DNA of 64,000 nt from an uncultured Bacillota bacterium. GTDB lineage: Bacteria > Bacillota_I > Bacilli_A > RF39 > UBA660. The translations under genes and the position numbers were made by a program. The notes beneath the pieces are model-generated. The model saw only the letters and a list, made by a program, of their open reading frames with translations. It searched no databases and had not been told where the DNA came from. The stretch is taken from the NCBI GenBank assembly GCA_905212975.1, contig CAJMGO010000004.1:4044-68043 (forward strand). The letters run 5' to 3'. Positions within the stretch are counted from its first letter, which is position 1; every line of letters begins with the position of its first letter. Positions 18,155 through 27,708 of this stretch are shown here, one piece after another.

Positions 18155-20242
18155 GTGATTACTTTGAAAAAAGGTAATAAATTTTTAAATTATATTAAAT
18201 CTTTCTTCAAAGATTTTTCAATTAATTTTGTTAAATGTATAAAGAAAATTATTAATTATTCAAAGACTAATATACTATTTTTTACATTTGTTATAACTTC
18301 TGTTATAAATTCAACTATGCTTAGATTATTTACAGTAAAGAATGGGTTAAGTATTAGTCCTGTTTTAGCTGATTTAACAGTAGTTATATTTATTGGATCT
18401 ATTTGCTATTTTTTAAAGCCAAAACACCAATTTAAATACTTGTTTATTATGTCGGTTATATTTTCTATAATTTGTATAATTAATTCTGTTTATTATACAA
18501 ATTATGTTTCTTTTTCATCTGTATCGTTATTAAAGGCTGCAGGTCAATTGGGAGGAGTAAAAGACTCAGTTACTGATTTGTTACAACCAAGAGATTTTTA
18601 TTATCTATTTCAAGTTGTAGCACTCTTATTTGTACATAAGTTTTTAAAACGTAAAGGTTATTATAAAAAGGTTGAAAAAATTGAAGTAGGTAGAATTAGA
18701 TTTTTAAACTCAATTGTTGGAGGACTTATTACTTTAGGTTTCTTTGTATCAACATTAACTAGTACAGATATAAGTAGATTAAGTAAACAATGGAATCCTG
18801 AATATATTGTTATGAAATATGGAATATATACATACCATATAAATGACTTAATTACAAATATTAAATCATCATTAAATCCTTTATTTGGATATGATAAAGC
18901 TGCAGCTCAGTTTAGAGAATTTTATTCACAGGATTCTGAAACTAAAACAAATGAATATACAAATTTATTACAAGGAAAAAATGTTATAGCAATACATGCA
19001 GAAAGTATGCAAAAATGGGTAATAAATACAACCATAAATGGGAAAGAAATAACTCCTAATTTAAATAAATTAGTTCGTGAAGGACTTTATTTTTCTAATT
19101 TTTATGCACAAGAAAGTACAGGAACAAGTAGTGATAGTGAATTTACATATGCATCCTCAATTTTACCAACTTCTAAAGGTACTGTTTTTGTAAATTATTA
19201 TGATAGAAAATATGTAACTTTACAAAATATGTTAAAAGAAAAAGGATATTATACTTTTAGTATGCATGGTAATAATTGTTCATTCTGGAATAGAAAGCTT
19301 GCATATGAAAGTATAGGTTATGAAAAATTTTATTGTTATACTAATGATTATGTAATTGATGATACTGTTGGTCTTGGACTTTCGGATAAATCATTCTTTA
19401 GACAATCAATTGATATATTAAAAAATATTAAACAAGAACATAAAAATTATTATGGAACAATGATTATGTTATCCAACCATACACCATTTAATAAAAATGG
19501 AGAACCTTTTTCAGATTTTGATGTAAGATATCACTTTCAAAAATTAAATGAAGAAACAGGTGAATATGAAGATGCATCTTGGGATTATTTGGAGGGAAGA
19601 AAGTTAGGATATTATATCCAATCAGTTCATTATGCTGATGAAGCACTAGGTGAATTAATTGAATATCTAGAGAATAATAATTTAATGGAAAATACTCTTT
19701 TAGTATTGTATGGTGATCATGATGCTAAAGTGAAAAAATCTGATTATAATTTTTATTATAATTTTAATCCAGAAACTGGTGAAATGTATGATAAAGATGA
19801 TGAAAGATATCATGAAGTTGATTATTATGACTATGAACTAAATAGAAAAGTACCACTTATAATGTGGACAACAGATAGTAAATTGAAAGATAAATTTAAA
19901 GGTGAAGTTACAAAAGTAATGGGAATGTATGATGTTCAACCAACACTTGCTAATATGTTAGGTGTTAAAAGTAAATATGCTTTAGGGCATGATATATTCT
20001 CAATTGATGAAAATGTAGTAGTATTTCCTGATGGTAACTGGTTAACAGATAAAATGTATTATAATAGAAGTAAAGACGAAGGAAAAATGCTAGATATAAA
20101 TGAAACAGTAGGAAGTGATTACATTAATTATTATAATGATTATTCAGATAAATTAATTACTGTTTCAAATTCAATAATAACATATGATTTAATATTAAAA
20201 ACAGAGGAACAAGAAAAAATACTAAATGAAGTTATTCCTTAA
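18155..20242 (+). CDS. ltaS: Lipoteichoic acid synthase family protein (LtaS-like sulfatase-fold)
   Basis: N-terminal 5-TM domain plus a ~420 aa extracellular alkaline-phosphatase/sulfatase-like domain (AESMQ..., SDSEFTYASS, GDHD). 695 aa. Confidence 0.75.
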   Translation: MITLKKGNKFLNYIKSFFKDFSINFVKCIKKIINYSKTNILFFTFVITSVINSTMLRLFTVKNGLSISPVLADLTVVIFIGSICYFLKPKHQFKYLFIMSVIFSIICIINSVYYTNYVSFSSVSLLKAAGQLGGVKDSVTDLLQPRDFYYLFQVVALLFVHKFLKRKGYYKKVEKIEVGRIRFLNSIVGGLITLGFFVSTLTSTDISRLSKQWNPEYIVMKYGIYTYHINDLITNIKSSLNPLFGYDKAAAQFREFYSQDSETKTNEYTNLLQGKNVIAIHAESMQKWVINTTINGKEITPNLNKLVREGLYFSNFYAQESTGTSSDSEFTYASSILPTSKGTVFVNYYDRKYVTLQNMLKEKGYYTFSMHGNNCSFWNRKLAYESIGYEKFYCYTNDYVIDDTVGLGLSDKSFFRQSIDILKNIKQEHKNYYGTMIMLSNHTPFNKNGEPFSDFDVRYHFQKLNEETGEYEDASWDYLEGRKLGYYIQSVHYADEALGELIEYLENNNLMENTLLVLYGDHDAKVKKSDYNFYYNFNPETGEMYDKDDERYHEVDYYDYELNRKVPLIMWTTDSKLKDKFKGEVTKVMGMYDVQPTLANMLGVKSKYALGHDIFSIDENVVVFPDGNWLTDKMYYNRSKDEGKMLDINETVGSDYINYYNDYSDKLITVSNSIITYDLILKTEEQEKILNEVIP

Positions 20243-20327
20243 AAAAGAAAAGAAGATGAACAACATCTTCTTTTTTGAATAAAATATATTGTCAAGAATA
20301 AAATATTTTGATATAATCTTCTTGTAT

Positions 20328-20401
20328 GGGTCTATAGCCAAGTGGTAAGGCGTGGGACTGCAACTCCCTGATCGTTGGTTCAAATCCGACTAGGCCCTCC
20401 A
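20328..20401 (+). tRNA. tRNA-Cys (GCA)
   Basis: Cloverleaf with acceptor GGGTCTA/TAGGCCC, anticodon loop CTGCAAC, T-loop GGTTCAAATCC, and encoded CCA. Confidence 0.85.
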
Positions 20402-20447
20402 TCGGGAAATCTGTTCGAACTTTTATAGTTTAGGGCTTAATATATAA

Positions 20448-20482
20448 AATATCAATTTCTAAATGAAGTTGATATTTTTTTT
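20448..20482 (+). terminator. Terminator after tRNA-Cys
   Basis: AATATCAA-N13-TTGATATT followed by T8. Confidence 0.6.
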
Positions 20483-20630
20483 GTTAAGAAAAGACAGATT
20501 TTATGATTAATATTGCAAGAAAACAAATGGAGTTATTAAAGAATAATAAATCATTTAATAATATTGAATACATTGAAAACAAAATTAATAACAAACAAAA
20601 GTTAACTTTATAACAACATTTTGAATATAG

Positions 20631-20666
20631 AAAAAACGATGGCTATTATAAGTCATCGCTTTTTTT
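20631..20666. terminator. Bidirectional terminator
   Basis: A-run, CGATG-N12-CATCG, T-run. It lies at the 3' end of the minus-strand membrane-protein gene. Confidence 0.5.
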
Positions 20667-20683
20667 AGAATATTTTTAAATTA

Positions 20684-21034
20684 CTAATTGAAAATGCCAA
20701 AAATACTTGCTAAAGCATTAATTATAAGTGAAAGTGGTATCATAGATGTAAGTATGGCTATTATACTAAATGATATCTTAAGAGATGTTTCTTTTTTTGA
20801 TTTTAATGCACATACTATATAAATAATTGCAAATACAAATAATAAAATATTGTCTATCCATAATAATGGACCATTAATATAATTGATTAAAAAGTTACTA
20901 ATATTATCTATATTTTGATCTATATAAGTTAGGTATGTAAAATTTAATATTGTAATCATTATACTTATAAATGTTAAAACTATTAAAGATATTTTTATAA
21001 ACTTTTCTACATCACTATTTAATATTTTTTTCAT
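20684..21034 (-). CDS. Small membrane protein (3-4 TM), unknown function
   Basis: 116 aa hydrophobic ORF with its own RBS (GGAGGATGA). Confidence 0.45.
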   Translation of the reverse strand: MKKILNSDVEKFIKISLIVLTFISIMITILNFTYLTYIDQNIDNISNFLINYINGPLLWIDNILLFVFAIIYIVCALKSKKETSLKISFSIIAILTSMIPLSLIINALASIFGIFN

Positions 21035-21144
21035 AAAATTATCATCCTCCTAGAATAAATATATACTATAATATTTGGTAAGTCAAGTTAGGTTTGACAG
21101 GGGTTAAGTTTTGTTATAAAATTGTTAATAGAATAGGTGATGTT

Positions 21145-21507
21145 ATGAAAAAAGGTTTTACTTTGATTGAATTGTTGGCTGTTATTACTATAATGGGTTT
21201 GCTTGCTGTTATTATGATACCTAAGATTTTAGAAAGAGTTGATAACGATAACCAAAAAGTAGATGAAGCAAAGGTTTCATTAATTAAAAGTGCGGCTGAT
21301 ACATATATATCCAAAAATATAAATGATTATCCAAATACATTAAATAATATTTATTGTATTTCTTTATCTGATCTTGATGATTCAGGACTTATAATGGTTG
21401 ATATATCTGATGTTATAGATAATGGTTATGCTTATGTTAAAGCTAGTATTAAAGAAAATGGTAATTTGTATTCTTTAACAGAAAAGTGTCAAGAAGTTAA
21501 AAATTAG
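21145..21507 (+). CDS. Type IV pilin / pseudopilin-like protein (class III signal peptide)
   Basis: MKKG|FTLIELLAVITIMGLLAVI is a prepilin peptidase cleavage/methylation motif. 120 aa with two C-terminal Cys (disulfide loop). RBS AGGTGA. No adjacent pilB/pilC genes. Confidence 0.7.
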   Translation: MKKGFTLIELLAVITIMGLLAVIMIPKILERVDNDNQKVDEAKVSLIKSAADTYISKNINDYPNTLNNIYCISLSDLDDSGLIMVDISDVIDNGYAYVKASIKENGNLYSLTEKCQEVKN

Positions 21508-21542
21508 TTGTAAATTTTATTTTATATTGCTATAATTAAATT

Positions 21543-21710
21543 ACTAGAGGAAGTTATAAAAGAAAAACCTACAAGTAAACGATTCGGGAACTTAATGAAT
21601 AGGTTGTGTTGAATGCTTAAATTTATTTAAGAATCCTAATATTTATTCTGTAGTGCCCACCTGGTAGAACAGGTTTTATCGTTTAGACTTCTTCTAGTTT
21701 TTTTTTTGTA
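21543..21710 (+). ncRNA. Candidate structured RNA or complex terminator between the pilin gene and ftsK
   Basis: ACTAGAGGAAGT (21543-21554) pairs with ACTTCTTCTAGT (21688-21699) with one G-U, enclosing ~135 nt with internal complementary stretches (AAACGAT/ATCGTTT, AAAACC/GGTTTT). It is followed by T10. Confidence 0.25.
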
Positions 21711-21748
21711 TTTATGTTATAATTGTCTTAATGATAGGAGGCATCATT

Positions 21749-24007
21749 ATGAGTAAGAAAAAAAAGAGAAAAGAAGAAGGTAAAACTCCTAAAAAATATT
21801 CTACAGAATTATTTGGTTTACTTCTTATAATAATTGCTCTTATAGGTTTTATTCCAAAAACAGGAATTATAGGTAATTTTATAAGTAGTTTTTCATCCTT
21901 TTTAGTTGGAATATGGTATGGTTTGTTTTTGATAGCTTTAATAGTTATTGGAATATATATGATTATAAAAAGAGAAAAACCAGACTTTTTTACATCAAAA
22001 CTTGTTGGGCTTTATATATTTATTTTAGGATTATTAGTTTTAACTCATACTAAATATATAAAAGATACTGATTTAAAAGGAATGGATATAATCAGTGAAA
22101 CTTTAAATCAATTTATGGCTTCTATATCATCAGGTAAAAGTCAATTAGGTGGTGGAATTATAGGAGCTGCATTTTCTTGCCTTTTTGTAACTCTTTTTGA
22201 TACAACAGGAACTACTATTGTAACATGGGCATTACTTATATGTGGTGTTGTTATGTTTACTGGAATGTCTATTATGGATATTTTAAAGAAAGGTGCTTCG
22301 AAGGTTAAAATAACAAAACATGAAAAGAAAGAAAAAGAAGAAAAAAATGAAGTTAGAGAAATTCATGACTTAAAAGAACTTGATGAAGTAAATGAACAAA
22401 GTGATAAAAGAACTGTTGTAACATCAATAGATGAGATAATAAATATTAATAATAATGCAAAGGAAGAAGTTAAACCAGATGTTATTTTAGAACCAAAAGA
22501 TGTTGTTGAAGAAATTGAACCTATAAATAAAAAAGGCTATGTTCTTCCTTCTAATAATCTTCTTTCTAAACCAAAACAAAAACAAGTAGAGAGTAAAGAT
22601 ACTATTGCTCATAATGTTACTGTACTTGAACAAGTTTTAAAGGATTTTGGTATAACTGGACATGTTGTTGCAATTAATCCTGGACCTACGGTTACTCAAT
22701 ATGAAGTAGAAGCTGCAAGTGGTACAAAAATGAGTAAAGTTTTAAGTATTCATAGGGAAATTGCTCTTGCTTTAGCTGCTAAAAATATTCGTATAGAAGC
22801 ACCTATACCTGGTAAATCAACTATAGGTATAGAAATACCTAATAAAGTTGTTTCTACTGTAACAGTAAGAGAAATTCTAGATAGTGTACCTCCTAAATAT
22901 AAAGATTCTAAATTGCTTACTACTTTAGGTAGAGATATAATGGGATCTCCTCAATATTGTGAGATTAATAAAACACCACACCTTTTGGTTGCTGGATCTA
23001 CTGGTAGTGGTAAATCAGTATGTATAAATAGTATGATTGTATCAATACTTATGCGTTCTAAACCTGATGAGGTAAAATTAGTATTAGTTGATCCAAAAAA
23101 GGTAGAACTTTCTATGTATAATGGAATTCCACATTTATTAACTCCTGTTGTAACTGATCCAAGAAAGGCTAATATAGCTTTAAAGAAGATTGTTACTGAA
23201 ATGGAAAATAGATATGATATGTTTAGTGATAGTGGTACTAAAAATATTGCTGGATATAATGAATATGTTGAAAAAGAAAATAAAAATAGAGATGAAAATC
23301 ATAAGATTAGAAAATTACCATTTATAGTTGTAATAATTGATGAACTTGCTGATTTAATGCTTGTTGCTGCAAAAGAGGTAGAAGATTCCATTATGCGTAT
23401 AACTCAAATGGCAAGAGCAGCTGGTATTCATTTGATTGTAGCGACTCAAAGACCTTCAACTGATGTAATTACTGGTGTTGTAAAAGCTAATATTCCATCT
23501 CGTATTTCATTTGCTGTTTCATCTAGTATAGATTCAAGAACAATTCTTGATATGACAGGTGCTGAAAAATTACTTGGTAAAGGTGATATGTTATTCTTAC
23601 CTCAAGGAGAAAATACTCCTATAAGAATTCAGGGTACTTTTATAAGTGATGAAGAAATAAAGAAAGTTGTAGATTATACTATAAATCAACAAAAAGCTCA
23701 TTACGATGAAACTTTTATAATGAGTGATGAAGAGATGCATGCTACAACTATGGTAAACGAAACAAGTAGTTCAAATCCTCATGAAAAAGATGCTACGGAA
23801 GAGCCTTTATATAATGAAATTGTTGAATTCGTTGTAACACAAGGTAAGGCAAGTGCTTCGCTTTTACAAAGAAGATTTAGACTTGGATATAATAGGGCAG
23901 CACGTGCAATTGATTTGTTAGAAGAACGTGGTATTGTAGGACCTCAAAATGGTTCTAAGCCAAGAGAGGTACTTATAAAACTTGAAAAAGAAGATAATGA
24001 TGATTAA
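21749..24007 (+). CDS. ftsK: DNA translocase FtsK/SpoIIIE
   Basis: N-terminal 4-TM domain, linker, motor domain (GSTGSGKSVCINSMIVSIL Walker A, VVIIDELADLM Walker B) and C-terminal gamma winged-helix domain. RBS AGGAGG. Confidence 0.9.
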   Translation: MSKKKKRKEEGKTPKKYSTELFGLLLIIIALIGFIPKTGIIGNFISSFSSFLVGIWYGLFLIALIVIGIYMIIKREKPDFFTSKLVGLYIFILGLLVLTHTKYIKDTDLKGMDIISETLNQFMASISSGKSQLGGGIIGAAFSCLFVTLFDTTGTTIVTWALLICGVVMFTGMSIMDILKKGASKVKITKHEKKEKEEKNEVREIHDLKELDEVNEQSDKRTVVTSIDEIININNNAKEEVKPDVILEPKDVVEEIEPINKKGYVLPSNNLLSKPKQKQVESKDTIAHNVTVLEQVLKDFGITGHVVAINPGPTVTQYEVEAASGTKMSKVLSIHREIALALAAKNIRIEAPIPGKSTIGIEIPNKVVSTVTVREILDSVPPKYKDSKLLTTLGRDIMGSPQYCEINKTPHLLVAGSTGSGKSVCINSMIVSILMRSKPDEVKLVLVDPKKVELSMYNGIPHLLTPVVTDPRKANIALKKIVTEMENRYDMFSDSGTKNIAGYNEYVEKENKNRDENHKIRKLPFIVVIIDELADLMLVAAKEVEDSIMRITQMARAAGIHLIVATQRPSTDVITGVVKANIPSRISFAVSSSIDSRTILDMTGAEKLLGKGDMLFLPQGENTPIRIQGTFISDEEIKKVVDYTINQQKAHYDETFIMSDEEMHATTMVNETSSSNPHEKDATEEPLYNEIVEFVVTQGKASASLLQRRFRLGYNRAARAIDLLEERGIVGPQNGSKPREVLIKLEKEDNDD

Positions 24008-24020
24008 TCTTCTTTTTTTT
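23988..24020 (+). terminator. Terminator overlapping the ftsK stop
   Basis: AAGAAGAT-N11-ATCTTCTT followed by T8. Confidence 0.6.
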
Positions 24021-24043
24021 GATATAATTAATATGGTGATTAT

Positions 24044-24928
24044 ATGAAGTATTTATCTGAATTTTTAAAATACATTGATTTAGAAAAAAACTATTCTAAT
24101 TATACTTTAATTAATTATAAAGATGATTTATCTTTTTATTTAGATTTTTTAAATAAAGAGAATATTGATGTGTTAGATAGTGATTATAAAGTAATTAGAA
24201 ATTATTTATCATATATGTATAATAAAAAATATAGTTCTAAAACTATAAGTAGACATATAAGTTCTCTTAGAAGCTTTTATAAATATATGTTAAAAGAAAA
24301 TTATATAGTTAAAAATCCTATGACTCTTATATCTAATCCAAAACAAGAAAGTAAACTACCTCATTTTTTATACTATAATGAACTTGAAACTATTTTAAAT
24401 ATTCCAGATAAAAGTACACCTTTAGGTCAAAGAGATAGTGTAATATTAGAGCTTTTATATTCAACTGGTATAAGAGTAAGTGAGCTAGTTAATATAAAAT
24501 TAAAAGATATAAATTTAAGTACAAGAAAAATTAGAATTTTAGGTAAAGGAAATAAGGAAAGAATAGTTTTATATGGAGAATATTTAAAAAACTTACTTGA
24601 TATATATTTAAATGATGGAAGGGAAAAATTAGTAAAGAATAATCAAGAGTATCTGGTTTTAAATAAAAATGGTAGTGGTCTTACAACTAGAGGAGTTAGA
24701 GTTATAATAGATAATATTTTAAAAAAAGGTGAAATAGATTTTCATATTAGTCCACACGTTTTAAGGCATACTTTCGCAACACATATGTTAGATAGTGGAG
24801 CTGATTTAAAAAGTGTTCAAGAATTATTAGGTCATGAGAATTTATCTACTACTCAAATTTATACTCATGTTTCAAATGAACGACTTAGAAAAGTATATTT
24901 ATCAACACATCCAAGAGCCAAAATGTAA
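24044..24928 (+). CDS. Tyrosine site-specific recombinase XerC/XerD family
   Basis: 294 aa with C-terminal catalytic motifs HVLRHTFATHML and LGHENLSTTQIYTHV (R-H-R-Y). The size and motifs fit chromosome-dimer-resolution Xer recombinases. Confidence 0.8.
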   Translation: MKYLSEFLKYIDLEKNYSNYTLINYKDDLSFYLDFLNKENIDVLDSDYKVIRNYLSYMYNKKYSSKTISRHISSLRSFYKYMLKENYIVKNPMTLISNPKQESKLPHFLYYNELETILNIPDKSTPLGQRDSVILELLYSTGIRVSELVNIKLKDINLSTRKIRILGKGNKERIVLYGEYLKNLLDIYLNDGREKLVKNNQEYLVLNKNGSGLTTRGVRVIIDNILKKGEIDFHISPHVLRHTFATHMLDSGADLKSVQELLGHENLSTTQIYTHVSNERLRKVYLSTHPRAKM

Positions 24929-24967
24929 TTAATATACTAAAATTGCCATAATAATAAAGGTGATATT

Positions 24968-25471
24968 ATGTATTATATTAATTACTTTTTTTTATACTCA
25001 ATTATTGGTCATATAATAGAATCTATAATTTATTTATTTTGTAGTGGTCATAGTGGTTTTTTATATGGCTATTGGACTCCTATATATGGTATAGGAATAA
25101 TTATAGTTTTAATTATTGATAAGTTTCTTAAAAAATTTAAACTTAGTAGATTTAAATATTTATTATTATTATTTTTAATATCTAGTATTTTACTTACTTT
25201 AATTGAATATTTAGGTGGTATTTTATTAAAAAGTTTATTTAATATAGTTTTATGGGATTATTCAAATCATAAATTTAATTTTGGAAAGTTTATTTCTCTT
25301 AAAATGTTAATTATATGGGGAATTAGTTCATTACTTTTTATTGTTTTTCTAAAAGGAAAAAGTGATAAAATAGTAAAAAAAATACCAAGAATAGTTTCTT
25401 GGATATTAATTATATTATTTTTTATAGATTTACTTTTAACTATTTTTATGAAAAGCAAAATATTCTTCTAA
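24968..25471 (+). CDS. Hypothetical 4-TM membrane protein (possibly DUF1113-like)
   Basis: 167 aa, hydrophobic, N-terminal YYINYFFLYSIIGHIIESIIY. No catalytic motif recognised. Confidence 0.4.
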   Translation: MYYINYFFLYSIIGHIIESIIYLFCSGHSGFLYGYWTPIYGIGIIIVLIIDKFLKKFKLSRFKYLLLLFLISSILLTLIEYLGGILLKSLFNIVLWDYSNHKFNFGKFISLKMLIIWGISSLLFIVFLKGKSDKIVKKIPRIVSWILIILFFIDLLLTIFMKSKIFF

Positions 25472-26083
25472 TGTTATATTATTTTCATATATATATTTTG
25501 ATATTTTTCCAACATATCTATAATGCCAAGGCTCATATTTAAATCCAGTTATATATTCTTTATCTTTAGGATATCTTAATATAAAACCATATTTATAAGC
25601 ATTTTCTTTTACCCAATTAAATTCAATAGAGTCTCCAAATAAATTATAATCATTATTACTTCCCATTATATCAACAGAAAGCCCTGTTTGATGTTCAGAA
25701 TGGCCTGGTCTTGCTGAACATTTATCAGCATATTCATATCCTTTTTCTTTTACATAATGTTCATATAATTTTTCCTGATATGAATAACTTCTGTATGCTG
25801 ATACAGCAATAATTTTATAACCATCTTTAAGAGCAGATTTAGCCATATCTTCAAATGCTAAAGCAGCTTTTTTTTCCATATATTTATCATCAAATGCGTA
25901 ATTTATATCTAACTTTTTTAAATCAGGAATAAAATTACTTCCAATGCGATTATTTTTATTTATAAGAGTTGTATAACTTATACTATCAATAGATTTTATA
26001 TTATGGTAAAAAAGGGGATTAGGAGTTATTTCATCTCCTATAAAAAGTAAGATAAATATAATTATAGTTATATATTTTTTCAT
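25436..26083 (-). CDS. D-alanyl-D-alanine carboxypeptidase, VanY / peptidase M15B family
   Basis: N-terminal membrane anchor. Zinc motifs GHSEHQTGLSVDI (SxHxxGxAxD) and EPWHYRYVG. Confidence 0.75.
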   Translation of the reverse strand: MKKYITIIIFILLFIGDEITPNPLFYHNIKSIDSISYTTLINKNNRIGSNFIPDLKKLDINYAFDDKYMEKKAALAFEDMAKSALKDGYKIIAVSAYRSYSYQEKLYEHYVKEKGYEYADKCSARPGHSEHQTGLSVDIMGSNNDYNLFGDSIEFNWVKENAYKYGFILRYPKDKEYITGFKYEPWHYRYVGKISKYIYENNITLEEYFAFHKNS

Positions 26084-26127
26084 AAAAAAACACCACTATA
26101 TAATATGCTTTAGTGATGTTTTTGTTT

Positions 26128-27060
26128 CTATTTATTTTCTACATAATATGCATAATATTCATCAAAAGTTATATTCTCATCATGTATTTTTTTAGCAGCT
26201 TTAACGCCTACATATCTCCAGTGAGCATCATTTGCTTCATATCCTGTTATTTTAACTTTATCACTAGGGTATCTTAAAATAAATCCATATTTGTAAGCAT
26301 TAGCTTTCATCCAAGATAAAATATTTCCTTCTTCATCCAAATTAATATCTATAGAGTATCCTGATTGATAGTCTGAAAATCCTGGCTTTGAAATAGATGT
26401 ATCATCATCTTCACCACCTTGGTTATTCCATAGAGCTTCTTGATCAGCATAACTTCTATAACTTAATTTTATTAATATATTTAGATTTTCTTCATGAGCA
26501 TCATTATATAAATCAATAAATGCATTGTAGGCATCTTCTCTTAAGTAATTTGTTCCATAACAATACCAATTTTTTACCTCTACTAAATCATCAAATTCAA
26601 CATTTTCATCTAATTTAGTATGTTTATTTATTAGTATTAATTCTTTATCCTCTACATTTGAATTTTTATAATTTTCATAATTTTTTTCATTTTGACCTAC
26701 ATTAACAAGAGCGATAATATTAGAAAGTTTTTCTTTATCATGTTTTTTATAATAATCTAAATATGCATCCATATTATTTTCTATAAAATATTTCTCTTTA
26801 ATTAATTTATATGCGACTGGGTTATAGTCAGCTTTTAAAAGATATTCTATATATTTATCATCTAATTTTAGTATTTCAGTTACTTCTTTATCATTATATC
26901 CAACTTTTTTTAATTTATAATTATTACTTTGTTTTTTATTATGTATAGAAACAAATACATTAATTAGAATAATAATAATTATTATTGATACAAGAATACC
27001 AATTGCTTTATATAATACATCTTTTTTTATTTTTCTTCTTTTTACTATCATATATTTCAC
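26128..27060 (-). CDS. VanY / M15B-like paralog with an altered first metal-binding motif
   Basis: Same fold signatures (GFSDYQSGYSIDI and DAHWRYVG), but the SxH His is replaced by Tyr. N-terminal TM anchor and a ~150 aa extra N-terminal domain. Confidence 0.6.
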   Translation of the reverse strand: MKYMIVKRRKIKKDVLYKAIGILVSIIIIIILINVFVSIHNKKQSNNYKLKKVGYNDKEVTEILKLDDKYIEYLLKADYNPVAYKLIKEKYFIENNMDAYLDYYKKHDKEKLSNIIALVNVGQNEKNYENYKNSNVEDKELILINKHTKLDENVEFDDLVEVKNWYCYGTNYLREDAYNAFIDLYNDAHEENLNILIKLSYRSYADQEALWNNQGGEDDDTSISKPGFSDYQSGYSIDINLDEEGNILSWMKANAYKYGFILRYPSDKVKITGYEANDAHWRYVGVKAAKKIHDENITFDEYYAYYVENK

Positions 27061-27150
27061 CTATAATAATTATACTATAAATAAAATAAAAAACAATTCC
27101 GAATATATATTTGCATTTTAGTAAATAATATATATATATGGAGGAATTAT

Positions 27151-27660
27151 ATGGAACTTTTATTTCTTTGTTTAAAAATATTTTTTGTTAGAATAATAGA
27201 TGTATCAATGGGAACAGTAGCGACTATATTAACTGTAAAAGGTAAAAAAATTTTAGCAAGTGTTATAGGATTTATTGAAATACTTTTATGGTTTTTAATA
27301 GTGAAAGAAGCACTAAATACAGATGAAACTAGTATTTTAATTGCTATATCATATGCTTTAGGTTTCGCAACAGGTACATATTTTGGTGGATATATATCAG
27401 AAAAATTTATAAGTGGTAATTTTGGTGTACAAGTTATAACTAGTAATAAAAAATTAATAAATATATTAAGAAAAGAAGGATTTGGATTAACAGCTATAGA
27501 TATATTAAGTGAAGATGAAGTAGAAAAATATATGTTATTTATTGAAATAGATAAAACTAAATTTATAAATCTTCGAAAAATTATAAAAAAATATGATAAA
27601 AATGCCTTTGTTGTAGTTAACGAAACTAAAGAAGTATATAATGGGTATTTTCAAAAATGA
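27151..27660 (+). CDS. UPF0316 / DUF2179-family small membrane protein
   Basis: FFVRIIDVSMGTVATILTVKGKKILASVIGFIEILLWFLIV resembles the conserved N-terminus of Firmicute UPF0316 proteins. 169 aa. Confidence 0.45.
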   Translation: MELLFLCLKIFFVRIIDVSMGTVATILTVKGKKILASVIGFIEILLWFLIVKEALNTDETSILIAISYALGFATGTYFGGYISEKFISGNFGVQVITSNKKLINILRKEGFGLTAIDILSEDEVEKYMLFIEIDKTKFINLRKIIKKYDKNAFVVVNETKEVYNGYFQK

Positions 27661-27708
27661 TATAGATTTATTTTTAAATTAGTTGTATAATAGTCCTGAA
27701 GTGATGGT

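Noticed and set aside
21543-21710. Specific identity of the structured element as SRP (4.5S) RNA or 6S RNA
   Set aside because: The conserved SRP helix-8 motif (GGAAG..AGCAG-type) is absent. 6S cannot be called by eye. It is kept only as a generic candidate structured RNA.
24044-24928. Phage integrase marking a prophage/ICE at tRNA-Cys
   Set aside because: It has XerC/XerD-like size (294 aa) and C-terminal motifs, and sits directly after ftsK. There are no phage, relaxase or excisionase genes nearby, and no repeat of the tRNA-Cys 3' end was seen.
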